This document shows positions 56,142-64,000 of a DNA stretch of 64,000 nucleotides, in pieces (the first letter of the stretch is position 1; each line of letters begins with the position of its first letter). The translations under genes were made by a program, and so were the position numbers. The DNA comes from Candidatus Latescibacterota bacterium (GTDB taxonomy: Bacteria; Latescibacterota; UBA2968; UBA8231). Under the pieces are notes generated by a model. It did not search any database, was not told the DNA's origin, and saw only the letters and a list, made by a program, of their open reading frames with translations. The stretch lies in contig CBDETK010000013.1 in NCBI GenBank assembly GCA_965242865.1, positions 1,312,001-1,376,000 on the forward strand, read 5' to 3'.

Positions 56142-58706
56142 ATGGCAGCGGACTCGATCGCCTATCGACTGGGCATCCCCAGCTTGGTGTGTACCCTGTT
56201 AGTCTTTCCCCTACAGGTCTGGTCGCAACAGGGCTATGCCATCCGCGGAAATCAAGTCCTGATTGACCGAGCAAGTCACTGGCAGGCGTGGAAAGGGGCT
56301 TCAAGCATTCTCGACATTTCCACCGCCGACAATACCGTGCGGCCCTCCTTTATGCGGAAAGAGGTCAACGCGGCTCAGGACGCACCGCAATTTTCCATTA
56401 CCGGCGCGGGGGGCGTGCTAGCGGGCTCCGGCCTCAATACGGCGCGCAACCTGATAGATGGCGACCTACAGACTCTGTGGAGCCCCGACCCGGAAAGCCC
56501 TCTACAAAATTGGTGGATAGAGGTACATCTTGGCCGCGTGGTGGTCGTCAAAAAAATCGTCGTGCATTTTGCCCAAGAAGACGAAGGGGATCCCTTTTTG
56601 CAGTTCAAGGTGCTGGGCTGGCGGCAACCCCCACCGCGCTCGGTCTTGGGCTACTATCTCGACGATCCCAAGACCAATGTCCCCAACTTCTGGGAAATCG
56701 GCCGAACCGACAAACCCAACAAGACTCAGCGCGTATTTGAATTTGAACCCCGACCGACCGAAGGATCGGATGCGCTCTTTAGGGGCGATCCGCTCGAGCG
56801 CATTCTAATTATTGCCATCAATAGTGATTCGACCAAGGCCGAGGAATTGACCGAACAGGAGTACGAAAATCTGCCGACCGAACAGCGCGGCGCTATCGAA
56901 TTTTATCGGCGAGAGCGGTCCGGCCGGGAAACCCTAATTTCACAAGGGGAATACGACAGCATCAATCCCGCACGCCAAGGCCCGATCCGCTACTACCGGC
57001 GGGAAATCCCCAAGATCGCCGAGGTCGAAGTCGTGACGGAGGGAGACAATATCAACATCGGCGTGGTAGAGCGGGGCGGCCAAGTGACGATCGAGACCAA
57101 CGGCGGCGTTAGCGACATTGGAGCTACAGTTACCGACGCCAACTACAGCACCGGGGTTAATGGGTCCATTTTCGGCTATCGCGACTACAATTACTTCGAG
57201 GATCTGGGCGCGCTATTCTGGGTTGACACCATGCACTTTCTCACCGACGGGGCCTCGCCGATCAACGAACTGTACGTCGATGTCTCCGACGGCACCCGGG
57301 CACCCGACGGCAGTATCAAATGGACTCGGGTGGGCCAAAGTACCTCTCGGGACGCTTTTGGCCACACCTCTTCCCGCGGCTTGCGATTTCGCGAAATCCA
57401 GATCGCGCCCACTCGGATCCGCTTTATCCGCTCGCCGTTCCAAAACCCACTGAGTTCGCTCAGCTACATCGCTTTTACAGAGGTGATGCTCTACGGGGAG
57501 GGCTTTGTGGCGGAGGTATCGCTGACTTCGGACCTAATTCAATTCAGCGAACCTAAGAACCTGATTTCCGTCGAGTGGGAGGCGGATACCCCGCCCGGCA
57601 CCCAAGTCCAGCTACAGACCCGCACGGGCAATGAGTTGATAGAAGAGAATATCCACCACGATTCCAATGGCAAGGTCGTCACTGCGAGTCGCTACAAAAA
57701 GCTGCCTAAGTCCAAAAAGGGCGATATCACCAGCACCTTCAAACCGGGCGACGACTGGAGCACGTGGAGTGTGCCGCATACTCAGTCTGGGGAAGCGATC
57801 AAATCCCCTAGTCCCAGGCAGTTTATGGAGCTTAGGCTCATCTTGCTCACAAACAGGTCGGACGCGGCCGCCACCCTCCGCTCCATTGCCGTCAACACCT
57901 CAGACCCCGTGGCCGACCGGCTGGTGGGAGAGATATGGCCCACCCGAATTGAGGCCGTGGGCACCCCGGAAGAATTCTCTTATTTCATCCGGCCCGATTT
58001 CACTGCGACCGAGCAGGGTTTCGACGAGATTAGCCTAGCAGGCACGGCGGGAACCGAGCTGGAGTTGCTCGAAGTGCGGACGGGAAGTACGGATGACTTC
58101 AAAAACGAACAGACCACCAACTACACACCAGCGGATCTGACTCTGCTCGATGCGCCAGCCGGTTCCCTCCGATTGCGTTTGAGCGAGAAAATTGGCTTGG
58201 GAACGGAGTTGGTTCAGGTCCGATTTCGCGCCACCATATTCGGCAATAGTGCCTCCTTTAGAGCTCTAGTACAGAACTCTGACGCCCCCAACTTCTGGCA
58301 GCGAGTTGACGAGGGCGATCCCACGGAGTTGGTCGGCAGCCAGACCGTCACCGTCCTAGCGCTCAGCGGCGACGAAATCATCAGAGATTTCAGCCTGGAG
58401 GCGCGGGTATTCACGCCCAATGGAGACGGCGTCAACGATGAGCTGCTAGTCAGCTTTGGCGTGGCGCGGGTGGGCACTGAGCGGCCGGTGACCCTGACCG
58501 TTTACGATCTGAGTGGGGTTGAGACCAGCCGGATAGAGGAACGCCGTCCAGACCCGCGCGGAAACTATATCTTTCGCTGGGATGGCAAGGATCACGGGGG
58601 CGCGCCGGTTCCTCCGGGGATATACTTGGCTCGGGTAAAAGTGGATGTGGATGCTGGCTCGGCCGATAACACTTTTGTGCAGCGGGTGGTCCATGTAGCA
58701 TACTGA
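56142..58706 (+). CDS. Large secreted protein, discoidin-like domain(s) plus FlgD/CHU_C-like CTD ending VAY (paralogue 1)
   Basis: Signal peptide; NLIDGDLQTLW...WWIEVHLG; FTPNGDGVND...VYDLSG...WDGKD...VPPGIY...VAY. Confidence 0.8.
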   Translation: MAADSIAYRLGIPSLVCTLLVFPLQVWSQQGYAIRGNQVLIDRASHWQAWKGASSILDISTADNTVRPSFMRKEVNAAQDAPQFSITGAGGVLAGSGLNTARNLIDGDLQTLWSPDPESPLQNWWIEVHLGRVVVVKKIVVHFAQEDEGDPFLQFKVLGWRQPPPRSVLGYYLDDPKTNVPNFWEIGRTDKPNKTQRVFEFEPRPTEGSDALFRGDPLERILIIAINSDSTKAEELTEQEYENLPTEQRGAIEFYRRERSGRETLISQGEYDSINPARQGPIRYYRREIPKIAEVEVVTEGDNINIGVVERGGQVTIETNGGVSDIGATVTDANYSTGVNGSIFGYRDYNYFEDLGALFWVDTMHFLTDGASPINELYVDVSDGTRAPDGSIKWTRVGQSTSRDAFGHTSSRGLRFREIQIAPTRIRFIRSPFQNPLSSLSYIAFTEVMLYGEGFVAEVSLTSDLIQFSEPKNLISVEWEADTPPGTQVQLQTRTGNELIEENIHHDSNGKVVTASRYKKLPKSKKGDITSTFKPGDDWSTWSVPHTQSGEAIKSPSPRQFMELRLILLTNRSDAAATLRSIAVNTSDPVADRLVGEIWPTRIEAVGTPEEFSYFIRPDFTATEQGFDEISLAGTAGTELELLEVRTGSTDDFKNEQTTNYTPADLTLLDAPAGSLRLRLSEKIGLGTELVQVRFRATIFGNSASFRALVQNSDAPNFWQRVDEGDPTELVGSQTVTVLALSGDEIIRDFSLEARVFTPNGDGVNDELLVSFGVARVGTERPVTLTVYDLSGVETSRIEERRPDPRGNYIFRWDGKDHGGAPVPPGIYLARVKVDVDAGSADNTFVQRVVHVAY

Positions 58707-58744
58707 GGGATGAGCAAGATCGGCGTCTAGGATTTGCGAGGGAA

Positions 58745-60649
58745 ATGTCAATGAGGACGGCTCCATTCTTTTGTGCCCTGATCTGGCTTTTCTGGTTTTG
58801 GGTCGGTTTTATGGCCAACGAGGCCGCTGGACTGGTCATTGTCCGCTTAGGCGGCCAAGCGCTGGATCCGCCTCCAGAAGTAAGCAGCGAAGAGGTGGAA
58901 TTTATCCAACTAAGCTGGCCTGATCTCGACCCTTCCCTAGGCGGCGAAACCATCGATCTAGCGATAGACGCCACGGCCATTCGGGCCCTAAAACGAGATC
59001 CTACCTTCAACATAGCCCCCGGAATTGAGGAAAGAGGGGGAAGCCATGTCAGAAAGCAAACCAACGGGCAGGTATGGGATGGGGACACCAGCACTTTCTG
59101 GTTGGCGGAACGGTATCTATGCACCGAATTCGAGGAAAGGAATTACTTCCTTAGCTGCACCGACGATTTCGGCACTCCGGGCACGGCAAATCTCAATCTA
59201 GGAGGCCCTCATCTCATCGACCGGATTCGGATAATATCCGGGCTGACCGATCCGAGCAGAATAGCACAGACCTTTCGCATTCACCTCAACGAAGAGCAGC
59301 CCCGCCAAGCTGCGTACCTGCACCCCCGTCCCTACGCGCCTTGGCTCGTTGAGGTGCGAGACAACCGCGAACAAATCATAGACGTACCCATCCCGCCGCA
59401 CGATAAAGCAAGTTTCGTTCAAGTCACTATCGGCGAGCACAACGAGGACTGGGAGGTAAACGAGATCGAAGTCTATGCCAAAGGCTTTGTCGAACAATCC
59501 ACGTACATTTCCAACATCCTCGATTGGGGGCGGCCCATGGCTTGGGGCGACCTGCGCTGGTCCGGCCACCAAGCCCCCAACGCCCGCATCTTCATCCAAT
59601 CCCGAACCGGACACGACGACGACCCGGACCTGTTCTGGCGCTTCACCGGCCGAGGCGACGAAAAAATACCCGTCAGCCGAGCCGACTACGCCAAGTTAGC
59701 GCGCGGCGAAAAAGCCGGGATCGGCTACGATCAAGCCCACTGGACATTCTGGTCGGCTCCTTACGCGTTTGCCGACAGCCTCGGCACCCCCGTTGCCTCG
59801 CAAGGCCCCCGACGCTATCTCCAACTCAAAGTAGATTTGCTCCCCCAAGCCGACGCTGGCGGTCACCTCCACTGGCTCGAAGTGCGGGCGTCTCCGCCGG
59901 TGGCGACGCAGTTGGTCGGCGAGGTCTGGCCGGTCGAAGCGCCGGTCGGACAGCCGCAGCCGTTTACTTACGTGCTGCGGCCCACCATTGGGGCGGAGGA
60001 TGGCGGCTTTGACCGGGTGGAGGTGGCCACGACTGCGCGGCTTTTGTCCGTAACGCACGTGCATATCGGCGATGCGCCGGTCGATTATGCCGTAGAAGCG
60101 ATGGCTCCTCACCGGGTGGTCTTGGGCATCCCGCGGCTGACGGCTGAAGATTCGGGCACGTTGGTGGAGGTGGGGTTCAACGCGGCAGTGTTGCGCTACG
60201 GCTCGACGTTTTCGGGTCGGGTGTGGGACAGCACCCAGCCATTGGAAGTGCCCCAGAGCGTCCAAGCGGGCGATGCCAGTCCGGCCTACGCGGCCAATCG
60301 GGTTTGGGTGGCCACCCCAGCGGTACAGCAGGCGGTGTTGCAGTTAGGGGTCGGTTCGGTGGTTTTGACGCCCAACGGGGATGGGGTCAACGACGCGGGT
60401 CGGCTAGGCTACGATTTATTGGAACTGCTGGCGCCGGCGTGGGTGGGGGTGTCGGTGTGGGATGTGTCGGGTCGTCGGGTGCGTGGGGTGTATGGGGGTT
60501 GGGATGGGGTGGGGGGGTATGAACGGGTGTGGGATGGTCGGGACGACGCGGGGCGATTGGTGCCGCCGGGTCTGTACCTGTACCGGGTCTCCGTCGAAGC
60601 CGACCACCAAACGATCGAGGCGATAAAACCAATACAGGTCGCCTACTAA
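58745..60649 (+). CDS. Secreted protein with FlgD/CHU_C-like CTD ending VAY (paralogue 2)
   Basis: Signal peptide; LTPNGDGVND...WDVSGRRVR...WDGRD...VPPGLY...VAY. Confidence 0.8.
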   Translation: MSMRTAPFFCALIWLFWFWVGFMANEAAGLVIVRLGGQALDPPPEVSSEEVEFIQLSWPDLDPSLGGETIDLAIDATAIRALKRDPTFNIAPGIEERGGSHVRKQTNGQVWDGDTSTFWLAERYLCTEFEERNYFLSCTDDFGTPGTANLNLGGPHLIDRIRIISGLTDPSRIAQTFRIHLNEEQPRQAAYLHPRPYAPWLVEVRDNREQIIDVPIPPHDKASFVQVTIGEHNEDWEVNEIEVYAKGFVEQSTYISNILDWGRPMAWGDLRWSGHQAPNARIFIQSRTGHDDDPDLFWRFTGRGDEKIPVSRADYAKLARGEKAGIGYDQAHWTFWSAPYAFADSLGTPVASQGPRRYLQLKVDLLPQADAGGHLHWLEVRASPPVATQLVGEVWPVEAPVGQPQPFTYVLRPTIGAEDGGFDRVEVATTARLLSVTHVHIGDAPVDYAVEAMAPHRVVLGIPRLTAEDSGTLVEVGFNAAVLRYGSTFSGRVWDSTQPLEVPQSVQAGDASPAYAANRVWVATPAVQQAVLQLGVGSVVLTPNGDGVNDAGRLGYDLLELLAPAWVGVSVWDVSGRRVRGVYGGWDGVGGYERVWDGRDDAGRLVPPGLYLYRVSVEADHQTIEAIKPIQVAY

Positions 60650-60689
60650 GGGGCGTTTTGTACAAATCCAATTGGAGGTTAGCTCGCCT

Positions 60690-62891
60690 GTGCAAGTGGA
60701 TTTTGGTTTGAATGTACGCTCCCTAATTATGGGGATTTTGCTCGCCGCCTACGGGGCTGTGGACACCGGGGAAACCAAGGAATTGATCATCCTTGGTGGA
60801 ACGGAAGGTCGGCCTTGGCAGGACGGTGGCGGTGGTATAGCTCCGGTGATCATCTTAGGTCCCCGAGAAGTAACAAACGAAAACGTACCGGGAGGGATTA
60901 TCGACTTTTCTGCGCGGGAGGGATGGATTTTTCCCGAAAAGGCCGACCAAACGGACAACATCGCCTTACAACTGCTAGACCGGGGCGGCTCTGTAACCGC
61001 GCCCACTGTGCTCGCCGATCTGGGAACAGATTTGTTGAAAATGATCGACAATGATGCCAATTCGGCCTTTGAACGAAAAAGTTCGCCCGGTCAGAATGTC
61101 CGCGCATTGGGCGTGGTCTTCCAGTTCGATTTGGGAGCGCGATTCGGCGTGAGTCGCATCCGCTTCTTCCCCAGAAACGCAGATCCAGACTTTCTCGCCC
61201 CTGACTTTCCCTTTCAGGACGATTATATGAGGGCTTATGAGATTTTTCTCAACGACGGTACGCGAGAAACACTAGCGGCCGGCTTGCCGGTATTTACCAG
61301 CGTTCTGCTCGTCCTACAGAACGACCAGCCGGTGGTGGATGTGCAGATAGAACCCCAGTACGTGCGCTACATCCAGCTAAAATCCCAGACCACAGTGGGC
61401 TTTGAAATAGGTGAGTTTCAAGTCTTCGGAGAAGGCTTCGTTCCCACGGCCGAGTATCATTCGGATGTATTTGATCTGGGAGAAAATCTGGCTCTTTGGG
61501 GGCAGCTACGTTGGGAGGAAGCCAGCCAAGGGGACCCCATCCGCTCCCAAGTGCCCATCAGTACGCGGAGCGGCTTTGACGATTCCCCAGTCGTGTTCAA
61601 TCGCCTGCGCAGCGACCTCGACGGCACCGAAGTGCCTTGGAAGATGGCCGAGGAGTTCGACGAAGGCAGCCAAGCGCGGGAAATAGTCAGCCAGCTCGAC
61701 TCGCCCGATCTCGATATAAGGCAGGCTCGGCTACTCTACAAAGACCTGCCCCTCAAGAGGAGAAACGAGATCTCGCTGACCCAAGCCGACTACAAAAAAC
61801 TGCGAGCGGGCAACAAGGGGTCCGTGCGCGACGACCTAGAAAACTGGAGTGCGTGGTCGCCGCCTTATGCGGCCGAGGGCATCACGAGCGCCGATAACGT
61901 GGCCGCTGGGATGGCAGGAGTGCCCATCATTTCGCCCGCGCCACGGCGCTACTTTCAGTTCAAGGTGGATTATTTGAGTGAAGACCTCTTTTCAGCCAAA
62001 GGCATTGGGTCGCTGTCCTTTGATTTTTCCAGCCCTGTACTGGCCGAAGAAATCGTCGGCGAGATCACCCCGCGCCAAGCGGCTCTGGGGCAAGCAACCG
62101 AGTTTTCCTTGGTGCTCGTTCCCAATATGCGGCCCGGCCTCGATCAGGGCTTCCGGTCCCTCGAAATCAGCACCCCTGTAACGGTGGACGCCGTGGAGCG
62201 GATTGGGATGTCGCTACCGGATGGCTCTCGCCGCGAACAACATTTCTCGGATTCGGACCTGCGCGACCTGCCGGTGGAACGCGGGGAGTTCCGCATTGAT
62301 TTGGTAGCGGAAGACCGCTTCCAGATCAGTTTTCCCAAAGTGGAAACCAGCCGCCTAGCAGCGGACCAAATGACCGTTCTAGACGTGGATTTCAAGTGCG
62401 TGGTGCTGCGGACGGGCACCGCCTTTTCCTCCTGGGCCTTGTCCGAGACCCCTAGCGAAGTGCCGCAACGAGTGGTGGGCGGCAATGTCGTGGCCCTGCT
62501 CCAAGCCGGGGCCAATGCTTCGCTCATCCGCGACCCGGGCAATCTAGTGGTGCAAGTGGCCAAGAAAGGGGCCTTGCTAATCAATATCAACGCGGTGCCG
62601 TCGGTCTTGACGCCCAACGGGGATCAAATCAACGACACCGCACAGATCCATTTTGATATAACCGATCTCATCAGCGGGGCCGATGTAGGGGTGCGGATAT
62701 ACGACTTGGCCGGCAGCATGGTGCGGGAAGTCTATCGGGGAATCGCCCAGAGCGGCCGCTTCGCCAAGGCTTGGAACGGCACCGATGGACGCGGCAAGAC
62801 CGTGCCGCCCGGCCTCTATATTTTCAAAATTGACTTGGACACCGATGGCGGCAAGGCCGAGGCGAGCGGTCTCCTAGGCGTGGCCTATTGA
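60690..62891 (+). CDS. Secreted protein with FlgD/CHU_C-like CTD ending VAY (paralogue 3); start uncertain
   Basis: LTPNGDQIND...IYDLAGSMVR...WNGTD...VPPGLY...VAY; GTG start after GGAGG. Confidence 0.8.
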   Translation: MQVDFGLNVRSLIMGILLAAYGAVDTGETKELIILGGTEGRPWQDGGGGIAPVIILGPREVTNENVPGGIIDFSAREGWIFPEKADQTDNIALQLLDRGGSVTAPTVLADLGTDLLKMIDNDANSAFERKSSPGQNVRALGVVFQFDLGARFGVSRIRFFPRNADPDFLAPDFPFQDDYMRAYEIFLNDGTRETLAAGLPVFTSVLLVLQNDQPVVDVQIEPQYVRYIQLKSQTTVGFEIGEFQVFGEGFVPTAEYHSDVFDLGENLALWGQLRWEEASQGDPIRSQVPISTRSGFDDSPVVFNRLRSDLDGTEVPWKMAEEFDEGSQAREIVSQLDSPDLDIRQARLLYKDLPLKRRNEISLTQADYKKLRAGNKGSVRDDLENWSAWSPPYAAEGITSADNVAAGMAGVPIISPAPRRYFQFKVDYLSEDLFSAKGIGSLSFDFSSPVLAEEIVGEITPRQAALGQATEFSLVLVPNMRPGLDQGFRSLEISTPVTVDAVERIGMSLPDGSRREQHFSDSDLRDLPVERGEFRIDLVAEDRFQISFPKVETSRLAADQMTVLDVDFKCVVLRTGTAFSSWALSETPSEVPQRVVGGNVVALLQAGANASLIRDPGNLVVQVAKKGALLININAVPSVLTPNGDQINDTAQIHFDITDLISGADVGVRIYDLAGSMVREVYRGIAQSGRFAKAWNGTDGRGKTVPPGLYIFKIDLDTDGGKAEASGLLGVAY

Positions 62892-62934
62892 TGGATTGCT
62901 TCTGAGCAGCGCTTGCTAACGAGAGGGATACCTG

Positions 62935-64000
62935 ATGGCAGATGCAGGGTACAGAGGATGGATAGCACTGTGGATAGCCGCGGCCTTGAGCACGCCGGCT
63001 TTTTCCCAAGAGTACAACAACCGCCTCGGGCAACAGAGAGGGGGCAAGGTCACCTTTGAACCCTTGGGCCCAGGGGTGTTTTTCGATGCCCTCGATCCCA
63101 CCGTAAAGCGATGGTACGTCCCCCAAGAACTCTACCGAGATTACCGATTCCAGACTTGGGAATACTCCAACTATGCCCGGGAGCCTTATGAGCGCTACGT
63201 CAACACCACTCGGGAAGGCGAGTATTTCTACGACACGTTCGGCAATTTCGTCAACCGGGGATGGCTCATCTACGACTGGCGTCAGGAAGCCTTGACCCCG
63301 TTGGGCAGCTCCATCTATCAGGATTCGAGGTATCTGGGTTGGTTCAACCAAGTGTTGATCGCCACTGATTCAAAAGGCGGTGCTCTCTACTCCATAACCA
63401 CCGGGGATCAGATTCGCACCACGCTCACTCCCATGACCTTTTCCAAGCCCGCCTTCAACGGCATCCAGCTAGACTTTGCAACGGATAAATACGCCGGCAC
63501 GGTCCTCCTATCGAGGATCAGCAGCCCGGTCCGGGCGTCGGTCTCCAGCGCCGACACCCGGACCAACGCCACCAATATGATCGGCGGCCGGGCCCTAGCC
63601 CAAGTGGGCGATTTCGTCACCCTCGGCGCGACTTGGGTCAATGCCCACAACACCCGGACCACGCTAGGTTCGTTCGACAGCAACCCCACCAAGGGCACCT
63701 TGGGCGACGGGCAGGCCAGAGTGCCAATCAACGCCATCGCCCTCGTGCTCAGCGATGATTCTCCCGCAGACGGCGAGGGCGGAACCGCGCTTTTTTCTCA
63801 CGATTTAGTCGTGGTGCGCGAAGATTTTCAAAACGGAATCCGCGAAACGCTCGGCCTCGCCGACCTGACCAACGACCCAACGCGCTGGCCAGTCATAGAG
63901 GGCGGCTTTCGCGAAGAAGGCTTCTTGGCGGCCAACGGCCTTCAGCGGATCATCCTCAACTACGACTTTAACGATCCGGCCTATATCGGCCCCGACCCGA
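62935..64000 (+). CDS. Large exported protein, N-terminal part (possible outer-membrane protein); runs off the window end
   Basis: Manual translation: MADAGYRGWIALWIAAALSTPAFS-QEYNNRLG...DALDPTVKRWYVPQELY...YDTFGNFVNRGWLIYDW...LTPMTFSKPAFNGIQLD; no stop noticed up to the edge. Confidence 0.75.
   Translation, partial: MADAGYRGWIALWIAAALSTPAFSQEYNNRLGQQRGGKVTFEPLGPGVFFDALDPTVKRWYVPQELYRDYRFQTWEYSNYAREPYERYVNTTREGEYFYDTFGNFVNRGWLIYDWRQEALTPLGSSIYQDSRYLGWFNQVLIATDSKGGALYSITTGDQIRTTLTPMTFSKPAFNGIQLDFATDKYAGTVLLSRISSPVRASVSSADTRTNATNMIGGRALAQVGDFVTLGATWVNAHNTRTTLGSFDSNPTKGTLGDGQARVPINAIALVLSDDSPADGEGGTALFSHDLVVVREDFQNGIRETLGLADLTNDPTRWPVIEGGFREEGFLAANGLQRIILNYDFNDPAYIGPDP

Noticed and set aside
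48319-60649. Diversity-generating retroelement TR/VR pair (pseudogene tail vs paralogue 2 tail)
   Set aside because: No reverse transcriptase in the window, and the differences are not adenine-specific.
1-64000. tRNA, rRNA, integrase or prophage genes
   Set aside because: None recognised in the intergenic regions or ORFs by eye; a tRNAscan/Infernal run would be needed to exclude small RNAs.

Overview
GC-rich bacterial window. The gene repertoire (ispG, PhyH dioxygenases, a DUF6785-type membrane protein, FlgD/CHU_C-tailed secreted paralogues, a WGxIK-tailed protein) resembles Latescibacterota/Poribacteria-like lineages; this taxonomy is inference only. A backbone of housekeeping and catabolic genes (IOR-type oxidoreductase, sugar-modification operon, ispG, sugar-acid operon, zapA, infC with an ATC start, SulP) is interrupted by small accessory cassettes. 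These are toxin-antitoxin modules, an inactivated orphan methyltransferase, an IS5 remnant and two SNF2-helicase defence-like loci whose partner genes are damaged. Three cassettes are bounded by exact direct repeats of host sequence (33, 15 and 8 bp). Three times, an antitoxin-like segment is fused in frame to a much larger nuclease- or helicase-like domain. The last 16 kb hold a candidate undescribed cell-surface system: two GT-C/TPR glycosyltransferases, a two-domain PPIase lipoprotein, a CBM9-like protein, three paralogous secreted proteins all ending in VAY, an internally deleted fourth copy, and a large exported protein running off the window. Modular REP/MITE-like repeats recur at least six times. 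No rRNA, tRNA or CRISPR array was seen. All family calls come from motif recognition by eye, not database searches.
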